NCBI GenBank assembly: GCA_965207735.1
Contig: OZ242296.1
Location: 3,448,782 to 3,512,781 of the forward strand
Length of the DNA: 64,000 nucleotides
Direction of reading: 5' to 3'
Origin: Candidatus Versatilivorator sp.
GTDB lineage: Bacteria > Acidobacteriota > Terriglobia > Versatilivoradales > Versatilivoraceae
In this document: positions 1-9,557 of the stretch, piece by piece
How positions within the stretch are numbered: the stretch's first letter is position 1
Layout: each line of letters starts with the position of its first letter
Made by a program: the position numbers and the translations under genes
Notes under the pieces: generated by a model
Databases searched by the model: none
Told to the model about the DNA's origin: nothing
Seen by the model: the letters and a program-made list of their open reading frames with translations, nothing else

Positions 1-699
1 AGAGAGGCCAGGGAGCAGGAGCGCAAGCGCAGGGAAGCCGCTGAAAAGAAGTTCACCAACATGAAGTCGGCTTTCGACGAGGGGCGAAAGCTTTTCATGG
101 CCAAAAACTATGAGGCAGCCTCGGTGGCTTTTGGAAGGGCTGCGGAAATCGATCCCAGCCAGCATGTGGTGTTGGGCAACCTCGCCATCTCCTATCAAAG
201 GCTGAGGAAGTATGACCAGGCCGTCGAGAGCTACCGGAAAGCCATTGCCGCTCTAGCCGACAGACCCGATCCCCTGGCGGAGTCCGAGTATTATTTCAAC
301 ATCGGCATTGTCTATGGCAACCAGGGTGAACCGGAGCTGGCGGTGGAAGCCATGGAAAAGGCGGCCGAACTCGATCCCGGCAGGGCCGGACAGGCCTTTT
401 ACAACCTGGGCGTGGTGCTGAGCAACAGCGGCAAGAACGCGGCGGCCCTGGAGGCATTCAAGAAGGCCGTCGAGGAAGATCCGCGGCACGCCAACGCCCA
501 CTACCAGATCGGAATGGGCCTGGTAGGCATGGCCACATTCACTGCTGACGGCACGACGATTCCCGCGCCGGGCACCGTTGAGGCCTTCGAGAATTACCTG
601 CTGTATGAGCCCGAGGGAAGGTTTGCCGCACAGGCCAAGGCCATGATCCAAACCCTCTCGGCCAGCGTGCAAACGGAATTCAGCAAGGATGACGAATAG
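1..699 (+). CDS. TPR repeat protein (5'-partial; frame open to window start)
   Basis: ORF 61..699 has repeated TPR-like A/Y/G-rich 34-aa motifs (AxxNLA..Y..A...Y, ELDP). The frame upstream of the first Met stays open to position 1, so the gene probably starts outside the window. Confidence 0.6.
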   Translation, partial: REAREQERKRREAAEKKFTNMKSAFDEGRKLFMAKNYEAASVAFGRAAEIDPSQHVVLGNLAISYQRLRKYDQAVESYRKAIAALADRPDPLAESEYYFNIGIVYGNQGEPELAVEAMEKAAELDPGRAGQAFYNLGVVLSNSGKNAAALEAFKKAVEEDPRHANAHYQIGMGLVGMATFTADGTTIPAPGTVEAFENYLLYEPEGRFAAQAKAMIQTLSASVQTEFSKDDE

Positions 700-721
700 T
701 CAGGCGAGGGGGAAACCGGTC

Positions 722-1519
722 TCAGCTTTCCTTGAACTCCACTCCGTCCACTACCCAGTCCAGGCTGCCTCTCTTCAGGATCAACGAGGCTTCCAACCTT
801 GCGAATCCGGTCTCGCCTCTGGCAGCCAGAAATAGGGTGGTTCCCATGGTCATGCGATCGGTGTCGGTCTGAACCAGCGAGGTGACCTCAAAGGCAACGT
901 AGGCCGGATCTTCCGAACCCAGCAGGAATTCGCTCATCACCTGCTGATTCTCGAAACGGCTTTGGAACCCCTGCGTCAGCAGTTGGCTGGCTGCTTCAAC
1001 GTTGCGGTCGATGAGGTGCCTCATGAATCGCTTGGCCACCATCATGGCGAACTTGGCCCGCTTCTCGCTGGCCACGTTGAAGGGCATGATCGGCCGGCGG
1101 GGATCGGACCTGAGGAATTTGATGTCTTCGGCCACCCAGGCGCCCCTGATCTTCACGAACCGAATCTGCTCGTTGACCCGGCTGCTCACCTGGTTGTTGA
1201 GGTCGACCCAGGTGCTTTCCACCGAGACCTGGAACTTGTCCTTGCCCAGAGGAAATATGGCGGCAGGACTGAAGTCGAAGGCAGCGACCCGCCCGCTGCG
1301 CACTCGGATGGAGAGACGTTTGCCGCGAAGATAGCGCTTCTCCAAACCCGCTGTCATGAGCTTGCGGGCCTCGACGTTGTGCCTCAGCGTCCTGGCGCCC
1401 ATGAATGCCTTCACCGTGTTCACCTTGGAAGGGTCAGGCGAACCTTGCGGCAGCGCCGGGAAAGCAGGAATACAGGCCAGGGCGACTCCCAGACAAACCA
1501 GGCTGTGGACACCGCGCAT
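722..1519 (-). CDS. hypothetical secreted protein (SnoaL/NTF2-like C-terminus?)
   Basis: ORF 722..1576. The internal Met (MRGVHSLVCLGVALACIPAF) gives a plausible signal peptide. No recognisable catalytic motif. Confidence 0.4.
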   Translation of the reverse strand: MRGVHSLVCLGVALACIPAFPALPQGSPDPSKVNTVKAFMGARTLRHNVEARKLMTAGLEKRYLRGKRLSIRVRSGRVAAFDFSPAAIFPLGKDKFQVSVESTWVDLNNQVSSRVNEQIRFVKIRGAWVAEDIKFLRSDPRRPIMPFNVASEKRAKFAMMVAKRFMRHLIDRNVEAASQLLTQGFQSRFENQQVMSEFLLGSEDPAYVAFEVTSLVQTDTDRMTMGTTLFLAARGETGFARLEASLILKRGSLDWVVDGVEFKES

Positions 1520-1796
1520 TTTTGTCTTCACCGCTTTCTCCTCCCGAGCTGACGAGCGACGGATCCTTCCCGCCAAATTAGTGTACCCCGAATAGCGGCA
1601 GGATTCATCTCCCCCGTGGTGCTTTTCGGATAGAGGAGGAGACGGACGGGGGTTTCCAGCAGAGGCCGTGACCGGCCGGCCGAATTGACTTCAATCGGGT
1701 TTTTAGCTTAAATAATTGACCTAACAAGCTGCGGGTCAAGGGAATTGCGGGTATCTTCTTCCGCCGGGCGCCGAGCGGTCGGGCGGCCCGGTCGGC

Positions 1797-2636
1797 TTGC
1801 ATTTGGAATCGAACATGAACTTGCTCAAACAAGAGGCTGTCGGGAGCGACACGGTCTGGCCCGATATCCGTGAAGATGTCTCCCTCGAAGCAGCGCGCGA
1901 GCCTATCCTGGCCAGCTTTCTGCATTCCACCGTGCTCAACCACCAGAGCCTGGAGGACACGCTCAGCTTTCACCTTGCCGCCAAGCTGACCAGTCCCAGC
2001 CTGTCTCCCATGATGATTCGGGACGTCATCGACGAGGCGCTGAGCGACAGCGCTTCCATTCGAGCCGCGGTTCGAGAGGATCTGAGGGCCTTCCGCGACA
2101 GAGACCCCGCCTGCAACAGCTATGCCGAACCCCTGCTCTACTACAAGGGGTTCCATGCCCTGCAGTCCTACCGCGTGGCCCACTGGCTGTGGACGCAGGA
2201 GCGCCATCAGCTGGCGCTGCTGCTCCAGAACCGGATTTCGGAAGTCTTCCAGGTGGACATTCATCCGGCCGCCCGCATCGGCAAAGGGATCTTCATCGAC
2301 CATGGGACGGGCGTGGTTATCGGCGAGACAGCCGTGGTCGACGACATGGTCTCCATGTTGCACGCGGTGACGCTGGGCGGGACCGGCAAGGAGAGTGGAG
2401 ACCGGCATCCCAAAGTCCACCGCGGGGTCCTGATCGGCGCCGGCGCCAAGATCCTGGGCAACGTGCATGTGGGTGAGGGCGCCAAAGTCGGAGCCGGCAG
2501 CGTGGTTCTGAACGATGTCCCGCCCCACTGCACCGTCACCGGCGTTCCGGCCAAGGTGGTTGGATGCCCGGACGTGGATGAGCCCGCGGTCGAGATGGAC
2601 CACCAGATTCCCGAGCGACCCGGCGTTCAACCCTGA
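1797..2636 (+). CDS. cysE: serine O-acetyltransferase
   Basis: N-terminal SATase domain (YAEPLLYYKGFHALQSYRVAHWLW) followed by hexapeptide repeats (IHPAARIGKGIFIDHGTGVVIGETAVV). The start may be the Met at 1812. Confidence 0.85.
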   Translation: MHLESNMNLLKQEAVGSDTVWPDIREDVSLEAAREPILASFLHSTVLNHQSLEDTLSFHLAAKLTSPSLSPMMIRDVIDEALSDSASIRAAVREDLRAFRDRDPACNSYAEPLLYYKGFHALQSYRVAHWLWTQERHQLALLLQNRISEVFQVDIHPAARIGKGIFIDHGTGVVIGETAVVDDMVSMLHAVTLGGTGKESGDRHPKVHRGVLIGAGAKILGNVHVGEGAKVGAGSVVLNDVPPHCTVTGVPAKVVGCPDVDEPAVEMDHQIPERPGVQP

Positions 2637-2668
2637 TAAACCCGTCCAACACCACAACAGGGGACACC

Positions 2669-3331
2669 ATGAAACATCTGGGTCTTGCCCTTCTGATGGT
2701 CGCCTGGCTGGCCTGCGGTCGTTCATCGGTTCCGGAGGCGGGCTTCGTGCCCCTCTTTGACGGCAAGTCTCTTCAGGGTTGGCAAGCGGTGGAAAAGGTA
2801 GGTGAGGGCTACCTGGTGGAGAACGGAGTCCTGATCTGCCCCGCCGAGGGCGGGGGCAATCTCTTCAGCGAGCGGGAGTACTCGGACTTTGTCCTCCGCT
2901 TCGAGTTTCGCCTGCAGGAAGGTTCCAACAACGGGGTCGGCATCCGGGCGCCGCTGGTTGGAGACGCCGCTTACCAGGGGTTGGAAATCCAGGTCCTCGA
3001 CAACCACTCGCCCCGCTACAAGGACAAGCTCCGCCCTGCCCAGTATCACGGGTCGGTCTATGACCTGGCTCCGGCCAAGCGGGGGTTCCTGAAACCGACG
3101 GGAGAGTGGAACCAGGAGGAGATCCGTGCCGTGGGCCGCCAGATCACGGTGACCCTCAACGGCACGGTCATCGTCGATTTCGATCTGGATTCGGTGACCG
3201 ACAGCCAGGTTCTGGAGAAACACTCCGGAGTGGCGCGGAGCAGTGGACACATCGGATTCCTGGGGCACGGGACCAAAGTCGAGTTCCGGAACATTCGAAT
3301 CAAGGAAATTCGCCGGGAGTCCGAGCTGTAA
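2669..3331 (+). CDS. DUF1080 / 3-keto-disaccharide hydrolase family secreted protein
   Basis: Lipoprotein-like signal (LMVAWLACG). Hallmark DUF1080 motifs: FDGKSLQGWQ, ENGVL, GNLFS, FVLRFEFRL, NNGVGIRA, and a C-terminal FRNIRIKE. Confidence 0.75.
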   Translation: MKHLGLALLMVAWLACGRSSVPEAGFVPLFDGKSLQGWQAVEKVGEGYLVENGVLICPAEGGGNLFSEREYSDFVLRFEFRLQEGSNNGVGIRAPLVGDAAYQGLEIQVLDNHSPRYKDKLRPAQYHGSVYDLAPAKRGFLKPTGEWNQEEIRAVGRQITVTLNGTVIVDFDLDSVTDSQVLEKHSGVARSSGHIGFLGHGTKVEFRNIRIKEIRRESEL

Positions 3332-3571
3332 GAGGCTGCCAGCGGCGCACGAGCCCGGTAGTGCAGGGGCCCGGCTTGTCTGAAACAACCGACAAACGAC
3401 AAAAGAAAAAAGACTTATCCACGAAGGGCCACTAAGGCGCGGGAGAAGACTCAAGAGGGATGGGGCGAAGGTCGGCAAGGGGGTCAAGGAAGGACACAAG
3501 ACAAAGAGGATTTGTCCGCGGAGGAGCAAGTGGGGGCGCTTCCCACTGCATCGTGATTTACAGGGATTATT

Positions 3572-3726
3572 AACATCGATGTACAGGATTCACAGGATTC
3601 TTCAGGAAACGGCCAGCTTCTAATGCCGGGAATCCGCAAATCCGCACCGGATCACCGCCCGAGTTGGCTTCTGGTGCAGGAAGCTCTCGTCCTGTTAATC
3701 CTGTGCATCCTGTGCATCGATGTTCA
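3572..3726. repeat. MITE-like element, family 1
   Basis: TIR-like arms around the core ATCCTGTnnATCGATGTTCA at 3572-3598 and 3698-3726, ~100 bp apart. Sits inside a larger repeat (~3395-4000) whose copy recurs at 24016-24430. Other copies lie at 8178-8328, 24298-24326 and 32509-32544. Confidence 0.55.
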
Positions 3727-3811
3727 ATGGGTAGAAAATCGTGCTAACCGAACAGGGTCCTTGTTCCCGACCGGCTATGAAGATTCCTTGTTTCACTCTA
3801 AAGGAAAACGG

Positions 3812-3932
3812 CGAACCACGAATGGACACGAAGTCATACCAGGGTAGCAGCGTTGCAGAAGCATTGTGGTGCCGCTTCTCGTTCGAGTGAGTCCACCTGC
3901 ATTCGTGTGAATTCGTGTCCATTCGTGGTTCG
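3812..3932. repeat. long perfect hairpin (21-bp stem, ~79-nt loop)
   Basis: cgaaccacgaatggacacgaa (3812-3832) is the exact reverse complement of ttcgtgtccattcgtggttcg (3912-3932). The loop contains ATTCGTGT direct repeats. Absent from the 24 kb copy of the surrounding repeat. Confidence 0.6.
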
Positions 3933-4056
3933 TCTTTATTCAGCGATCGATTGTTTTTCCTCGTAATGATCCGCATGGCAGGGCGGGAGACCGGCTAATG
4001 TCCTCCCCGGGCGCCGGTCTGCAGTCCCATGCTCAACGGTCTGAAAGAGTCCCCCA

Positions 4057-4839
4057 TTGTCTGCCCCTGCCAAGGCTCCGGAACGCTTTCTGGGACGGGT
4101 CGAATACTATCGAAAGTATCGGCCCGGCTACCCCGAGGGCCTGCTCGAATGGCTGAAGGAACTGTCGGCCCTGAAACCTTCCCACCGCGTCGCCGACATC
4201 GGCTCCGGGACGGGCCTGCTGGCGGAGCTATTCCTGCGGCAGGGCTACCCGGTGGTGGGTGTCGAGCCCAATCCCGAGATGCGGCGGACGGCTGAATCTC
4301 ACCTGAAGCGCTACCCCCGCTTCCGGACCATCGATGGGCGAGCGGAAGCCACCACCCTCGGCAGCCGGTCGGTGGATCTCATCGTCGCCGGCCAAGCCTT
4401 CCACTGGTTCCCGATCGACCGCACCCGAGAGGAGTTCCAACGCATCACCAAACCTCCGGCCTGTGCGGTCCTGGCCTGGAACCAGCGCAAGACCGAAAGC
4501 ACGGGGTTCCTGAGGGCCTACGAGAAGTTGTTGCTGCGGCACGGCACCGACTACGCCCGGGTTCGCCACCAGAACATCGGCCAGCCCCAACTGCAGGCTT
4601 TCTTCGGTCCACAAGCAATTCACAACAAGACTCTGGCCAACTCTCAGGTCTTCGACCGGGAGGGCCTCATCGGGCGCACCCTCTCCTGCTCTTTCGTGCC
4701 GTTGCCCGGACAGCCGGGCCACCGGTCCCTGATGCGGGCGCTGGACCGGATTTTTAAGGAGTGGCAGGTCGAAGGAAGGGTTACCTTCGAATACGACACC
4801 CTGGTCTATGCCGGAAGGCTACACCCCAACCCGCGGTGA
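4057..4839 (+). CDS. class I SAM-dependent methyltransferase
   Basis: Motif I VADIGSGTGLLAELF with a methyltransferase type-11-like fold. Confidence 0.8.
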   Translation: MSAPAKAPERFLGRVEYYRKYRPGYPEGLLEWLKELSALKPSHRVADIGSGTGLLAELFLRQGYPVVGVEPNPEMRRTAESHLKRYPRFRTIDGRAEATTLGSRSVDLIVAGQAFHWFPIDRTREEFQRITKPPACAVLAWNQRKTESTGFLRAYEKLLLRHGTDYARVRHQNIGQPQLQAFFGPQAIHNKTLANSQVFDREGLIGRTLSCSFVPLPGQPGHRSLMRALDRIFKEWQVEGRVTFEYDTLVYAGRLHPNPR

Positions 4840-4966
4840 CTCGGCCAGCCCGGGGGACTGGCCCGGGAATGTATACTAACCGGCGCCTGGCGACGCCCCG
4901 GTAACACGCAGTGACACCCGCTGCCGGGCCAAAACGCCGAGCCTGTAGGCACTCCCCATCTCCCGG

Positions 4967-6370
4967 TTGACCCGGGATCTTAGTCCCATGACCGACTCGT
5001 CACCCGCGAACCGGACGGAAACGGATCTCGAACGTCTGGACAAGCAGACCCTGTGGCACCCCTTCACTCAAATGAAGGAGTGGATGGAATCTCCTCAACT
5101 GGTGATCGAGCGGGGCCGGGGAGTCTACTTGTACGACACCCGGGGAAGGAAGTATCTGGATGGAGTCTCTTCCCTTTGGGCCAACATTCACGGCCACTCC
5201 CACCCCCACATCGTGCGGGCCATCCGCCGCCAACTGGACCGCCTGGACCACAGCTCCCTGCTGGGGCTGACCAACGCTCCCGCGGCGCAACTGGCCGGTA
5301 AGCTGGTCGAGCTCACGCCCCCGAACCTGACCCGGGTCTTCTTTTCGGACGACGGAGCCACGGCCGTGGAGATCGCCCTCAAGATGTCGTTCCAGTACTG
5401 GAGAAACCAGGGGCGGCAATGGGACTCCAAGAAGACGTTCGTGGCCTTCTCCAACGCCTATCACGGGGATACCCTGGGGTCGGTGAGCGTGGGTGGGGTG
5501 CGGCTCTTCCACGAGGTCTTCCGGCCTCTTCTTTTCCCGACCATCAGGGTCCCCTATCCCTATTGCTACCGATGCCCGCTGGGAAAGCAGCCGCCGAACT
5601 GTGAGATCGACCAGCTCCGGGAATTCGAACAGGTGCTGCGGACCCGCCATCGCGAGATCTGCGGCGTGGTGGTGGAGCCCATGATTCAGGGGGCGGGGGG
5701 AATGGTGCCCATGCCCGATGGCTTCCTGGGGAAACTGACCGAGCTGACCCGGCGTTTCGGGGTTCACCTGATCCTGGATGAGGTGGCAACCGGATTCGGC
5801 AGAACCGGCAGGATGCTGGCCCTGGAACACGAGGGCGTCCAGCCCGATTTTCTGGCCCTGGCCAAGGGAATCACCGGCGGCACGCTGCCATTGGCGGCCA
5901 CCCTGACCAGCGAGGAGATCTTCGAGTCCTTTCTGGGGGAGTACGAGGAGTTCAAGTCCTTTTTTCACGGACACACCTACACGGGGAATCCGCTGGCCTG
6001 CGCGGCCGCCCTGGCCAACCTGGAGGTCTTCAGCAAGGAGAAGACTCTGCAGAAGTTGCAGGGGAAAATCACCTATCTGACCAAGGCGCTGCGGCGCATG
6101 TGGGAACTGCCCTGCGTCGGGGACGTGCGACAACTGGGGTTCATGGCGGGAATCGAGCTGGTGCGGGATCGCGGCAGCAGGCAGCCTTTTCCGCTGGGAC
6201 GCCGCATGGGACACCGAGTGGTTCTGCAGGCCCGGCGGCGCGGCGTCCTCCTGAGGCCCCTCGGCGACACCGTTGTGCTGATGCCCCCGCTGTCGATCAC
6301 CCGGCCCCAATTGAAAACGCTGGTGGAGGTTACCTACAATAGCATCCAGGCCGCTTGGGAAGAGGAGTGA
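4967..6370 (+). CDS. bioA: adenosylmethionine-8-amino-7-oxononanoate aminotransferase
   Basis: Class-III PLP aminotransferase. LWHPFTQ, SSLWANIHGHSHP, GGMVPMP, LILDEVATGFGRTG and the Lys region ALAKGITGG are BioA-typical. Confidence 0.85.
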   Translation: MTRDLSPMTDSSPANRTETDLERLDKQTLWHPFTQMKEWMESPQLVIERGRGVYLYDTRGRKYLDGVSSLWANIHGHSHPHIVRAIRRQLDRLDHSSLLGLTNAPAAQLAGKLVELTPPNLTRVFFSDDGATAVEIALKMSFQYWRNQGRQWDSKKTFVAFSNAYHGDTLGSVSVGGVRLFHEVFRPLLFPTIRVPYPYCYRCPLGKQPPNCEIDQLREFEQVLRTRHREICGVVVEPMIQGAGGMVPMPDGFLGKLTELTRRFGVHLILDEVATGFGRTGRMLALEHEGVQPDFLALAKGITGGTLPLAATLTSEEIFESFLGEYEEFKSFFHGHTYTGNPLACAAALANLEVFSKEKTLQKLQGKITYLTKALRRMWELPCVGDVRQLGFMAGIELVRDRGSRQPFPLGRRMGHRVVLQARRRGVLLRPLGDTVVLMPPLSITRPQLKTLVEVTYNSIQAAWEEE

Positions 6371-6405
6371 CCCCGGTCCACCAAGCGCATAGAGAATGAG
6401 GCAAT

Positions 6406-7446
6406 ATGAAATTCATTTGGAGAACACGTCTGGCGCCGCTGTGTTTGCTGTCGGCTCTCGCCGCCTGCCAGGCGCCGGATGAGCCTGAAAACGCGGAACG
6501 CCGCCTGCGCAACCTGCGTCAATTGACCTTTGGAGGGGAGAATGCCGAAGCCTACTTCTCCTCCGACGGTCAGCGCCTGATATTTCAAGCGACCCGCGAC
6601 GGCGGCCAGTGCGACCAGATCTTCGTGATGGGCACCGACGGCAGCGGCATCACCCGGGTCAGCAGCGGCAAGGGCCGCACCACCTGCGCCTATTTTCTCA
6701 AGGACAGCCAGCGCTTCGTCTACGCCTCGACCCACCTGGGCAGTGAAAATTGTCCGCCTCGACCCGACTTTTCCCGGGGATACGTGTGGGCCGTCTACCC
6801 CGACTACGACATATTCCTCTCCGATTTCAACCAGGGCCTTACCCGCTTGACCGACACGCCGGGCTATGACGCCGAAGCCACCCTTTCTCCCGACGGAAAA
6901 AAGATCGTATTCACCTCCATGAGGGATGGAGACCTGGAGCTTTACTCCATGAACACCGATGGGTCGGGGGTCCAACGGCTTACCCACACCCTCGGTTACG
7001 ACGGGGGCGCCTTCTACTCCCCCGACAGTCAAAAGATCGTCTACCGCGCCTCGCACCCCACCGATGAGGCCGCCAAAACCAAGTACCGGGACCTGCTGAG
7101 CCGAAACCTGATCGAGCCCAGCCAGCTCGACATCTTCGTGATGAATGCCGACGGCAGCGACCGGGTTCAGGTGACCCGCAACGGCGCCGCCAACTTCTGT
7201 CCCTTCTTCCATCCGGACGGCCGGCGGATCATCTTTGCCTCCAACCTGGGCGACCCCAGCGGCCGCAACTTCGATCTCTACCTGATCGACATCGACGGAA
7301 CCAATCTGGAACAGGTCACCTTCGACGAGACTTTCGACGGATTCCCGATGTTCTCCCCGGACGGGAAGCAACTGGTCTTCGCCTCCAACCGCCACGGAAA
7401 AGTTCGCGGCGAGACCAACGTCTTCATCGCCGACTGGGTGGAGTAG
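6406..7446 (+). CDS. TolB-like WD40/PD40 beta-propeller repeat protein (secreted)
   Basis: Signal peptide, then repeated PD40 motifs (SPDGKKIVFTSMRDGDLELY, SPDSQKIVY, HPDGRRIIFASN, SPDGKQLVFASNR). Confidence 0.7.
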   Translation: MKFIWRTRLAPLCLLSALAACQAPDEPENAERRLRNLRQLTFGGENAEAYFSSDGQRLIFQATRDGGQCDQIFVMGTDGSGITRVSSGKGRTTCAYFLKDSQRFVYASTHLGSENCPPRPDFSRGYVWAVYPDYDIFLSDFNQGLTRLTDTPGYDAEATLSPDGKKIVFTSMRDGDLELYSMNTDGSGVQRLTHTLGYDGGAFYSPDSQKIVYRASHPTDEAAKTKYRDLLSRNLIEPSQLDIFVMNADGSDRVQVTRNGAANFCPFFHPDGRRIIFASNLGDPSGRNFDLYLIDIDGTNLEQVTFDETFDGFPMFSPDGKQLVFASNRHGKVRGETNVFIADWVE

Positions 7447-7466
7447 GCCCGACCGTTAAACGACCC

Positions 7467-8078
7467 TTGGCTCCTTCTCCGCAAGCCGATTTCCTTCCCC
7501 GATCTTTCTTCGACCGCCCCACCCAAACGGTCGCCCGTGAGCTGCTGGGTTGCCGTCTCGTTCGAAAGCTGGGCGGGACCCTGCTGGCGGCAACCATCGT
7601 CGAAACCGAAGCCTACATCGGCGAGAAAGATCTGGCCTGCCACGCCAAAGCGGGCCGAACCCCGCGAACCGAGATCATGTACGGCCCCCCGGGATTCGCT
7701 TACGTCTACTTCACCTACGGAATGCACTGGATGCTGAATCTGGTCACTGAGGCGGCCGGCTTCCCGGCGGCCGTGCTCATTCGAGCCCTCGAGCCGCTAG
7801 AGGGGATTGCACGCATGCAGGAGCTCCGAGGCGGCAAGCCCCTGTCCCAACTGGCCAGTGGTCCGGCCAAGCTGACCCAGGCCCTGGGGATCGCCCGGGG
7901 AGAAAACGGGCTGGACTGCTGCCGTCCCGACTCACCGCTCACCCTGGCCCGAGGGGAAGAGGTGCCGCCCTCCTCTGTAGTGGCGACGCCCCGCATCGGC
8001 CTGGGGCAGACACCCGAGCCCTGGTTGTCCAAGCCTTGGCGATTTACCATCCGGGGGAATGGGTTTGTCTCGAGGTGA
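7467..8078 (+). CDS. mpg: DNA-3-methyladenine glycosylase (MPG/AAG family)
   Basis: Family signature ARELLGCRLVR..ETEAY.GE.D.A.HA..GRT.R...M.G.PG.AYVY..YGMH..LN. Confidence 0.8.
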   Translation: MAPSPQADFLPRSFFDRPTQTVARELLGCRLVRKLGGTLLAATIVETEAYIGEKDLACHAKAGRTPRTEIMYGPPGFAYVYFTYGMHWMLNLVTEAAGFPAAVLIRALEPLEGIARMQELRGGKPLSQLASGPAKLTQALGIARGENGLDCCRPDSPLTLARGEEVPPSSVVATPRIGLGQTPEPWLSKPWRFTIRGNGFVSR

Positions 8079-8177
8079 GAAAAATGGGGAGTCACGGAAG
8101 CCGGGCCGCCAGGTGAAGGCTGATACGGAAGCGGAGATGCCGGACCGGCGCCGAGGATCGATATTTTTTTCCACTAT

Positions 8178-8328
8178 GAACATCGATAGACAGGATGAAC
8201 AGGACGAGAGGGGGCTGCACGAGAAGCTGGCTTGGCAGATGATCCGGTGTGGGCCTACGTATGCCCAGGATTACAAGACACCAGACTCGTAAAACCAAAT
8301 CCTGTATATCCTGTCTATCGATGTGAAC
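8178..8328. repeat. MITE-like element, family 1 (inverted orientation)
   Basis: Arms gaacatcgatagacaggatgaacagg (8178-8203) and atcctgtatatcctgtctatcgatgtgaac (8299-8328) are inverted copies of the family-1 motif. The core is homologous to the 3599-3697 core in reverse orientation. Confidence 0.55.
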
Positions 8329-8528
8329 TTAAAACATCGTCCCGAGGGGCAGTGCTGTGGGTTCAACCGGAGCCATGGCTGAAACATGCCGGCTCCGGCG
8401 CTTCCAAACCGACCATTCGCAAGCCTGTCCTCTCACCGCCGATACAGGTTACAATGGGGCCGCCCAACCGCCGCCACCGCGGTTCGCGGCCACCGACCCA
8501 TGCCGGTCGACACTCGCCGAGGAGTTCC

Positions 8529-9470
8529 ATGCGCATTGCCATCGTGATGACCCCTATTTCCGATCACCACCTCCGACTGGCCGGCCAGGTGGGGGTCTCC
8601 GACGTGGTCATTCGCTATCCGGGACTGGAATATTCCGAACTGGCCGACCAGAAAGCTCGAATCGAGTCCTTCGGACTGGGGGTCTCGGTCATCGAGGGCT
8701 ACCTGCCCATTGAGGACATCAAGCTCGGGGGACCCCAGCGCGATGCCGAGATCGAGCAGATGAAGATCCTGATCCGCAACATGGGGCGAGCCGGGATCGG
8801 CCTGCTTTGCTACAACTTCATCGCCGGTGGCGACTGGGCCAGGACGTCGGTCAACGAAAAAGGGCGCGGAGGCGCCCTGGTCACCGGCTTTGACCTGAGC
8901 GAGCTGCCGCAGGCCACTGCCTCGAAGGCGGGCCTGCCCTCGGCCGAACGCCTCTGGGAGAACCTGGACACCTTTCTGGAAAGAATTCTGCCCGTGGCCG
9001 AGGAGTGCGGGGTCACGCTGGCCATGCATCCGGACGATCCCCCGATCTCCAACTTCCAGGGTTTTCCGCGCATCATGAACAGCGTGGAAGGCTTCGAACG
9101 ACTGGTCGGCCTGAGTTCCAGTCCGGCCAACGGCATCTGCTTCTGCCAGGGGACCTTCGCCGAAATGGGAGTGGATATCCCCTCCTCCATCCGGCGCCTG
9201 GGACCTCACATCAAATACGTCCATTTCAGGGATATCCGGGGGACGAGCAGCCGCTTTGTGGAGACCTTTCACGACGAGGGGCAGACCGACATGGTGGAAG
9301 CCATGCGGGCCTACCGCGACATCGGTTTCAACGGCCCCATGCGGCCGGACCACGTTCCGCAACTGTCGGGCGAAGAAGCGGGCGAGGCCGGCTACACCAC
9401 GCTGGGCCGGCTTTTTGCCGTCGGGTACATGCGAGGGTTGATGCAGGCCGTCGGTGAGAGTTCGGCCTGA
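8529..9470 (+). CDS. mannonate dehydratase-like (UxuA family) TIM-barrel protein
   Basis: ORF 8232..9470; likely start at MRIAIVM (8529). UxuA-like motifs include LAMHPDDPP and FHDEGQTDMVEAMRAYRDIGFNGPMRPDHVP. Shorter than canonical UxuA, so the start is uncertain. Confidence 0.6.
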   Translation: MRIAIVMTPISDHHLRLAGQVGVSDVVIRYPGLEYSELADQKARIESFGLGVSVIEGYLPIEDIKLGGPQRDAEIEQMKILIRNMGRAGIGLLCYNFIAGGDWARTSVNEKGRGGALVTGFDLSELPQATASKAGLPSAERLWENLDTFLERILPVAEECGVTLAMHPDDPPISNFQGFPRIMNSVEGFERLVGLSSSPANGICFCQGTFAEMGVDIPSSIRRLGPHIKYVHFRDIRGTSSRFVETFHDEGQTDMVEAMRAYRDIGFNGPMRPDHVPQLSGEEAGEAGYTTLGRLFAVGYMRGLMQAVGESSA

Positions 9471-9557
9471 TCCGATACCGCTACAAACGGGAAGACTCGG
9501 CCGTCTCCGGTGCGGGTCGACCCTGAGGGCAAGCCTTGTTGCGTTTGCATCCCCGCC

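Noticed and set aside
1605-2726. 373-aa ORF antisense to cysE. Similar long antisense ORFs occur at 5000-6310(-), 6334-7395(-), 8433-9647(-), 11386-12615(-), 16706-17590(-), 19155-20432(+), 20577-22115(+), 26716-28446(-), 30121-31344(+), 33499-35790(+), 43154-44281(+), 46115-47863(-), 49057-50235(-), 53327-54484(+), 56376-58169(-), and 59769-63707(+).
   Set aside because: All lie opposite genes with strong family signatures. Their translations are Arg/Gly/Pro/Ala-rich and low-complexity, typical of high-GC antisense frames. No conserved motifs.
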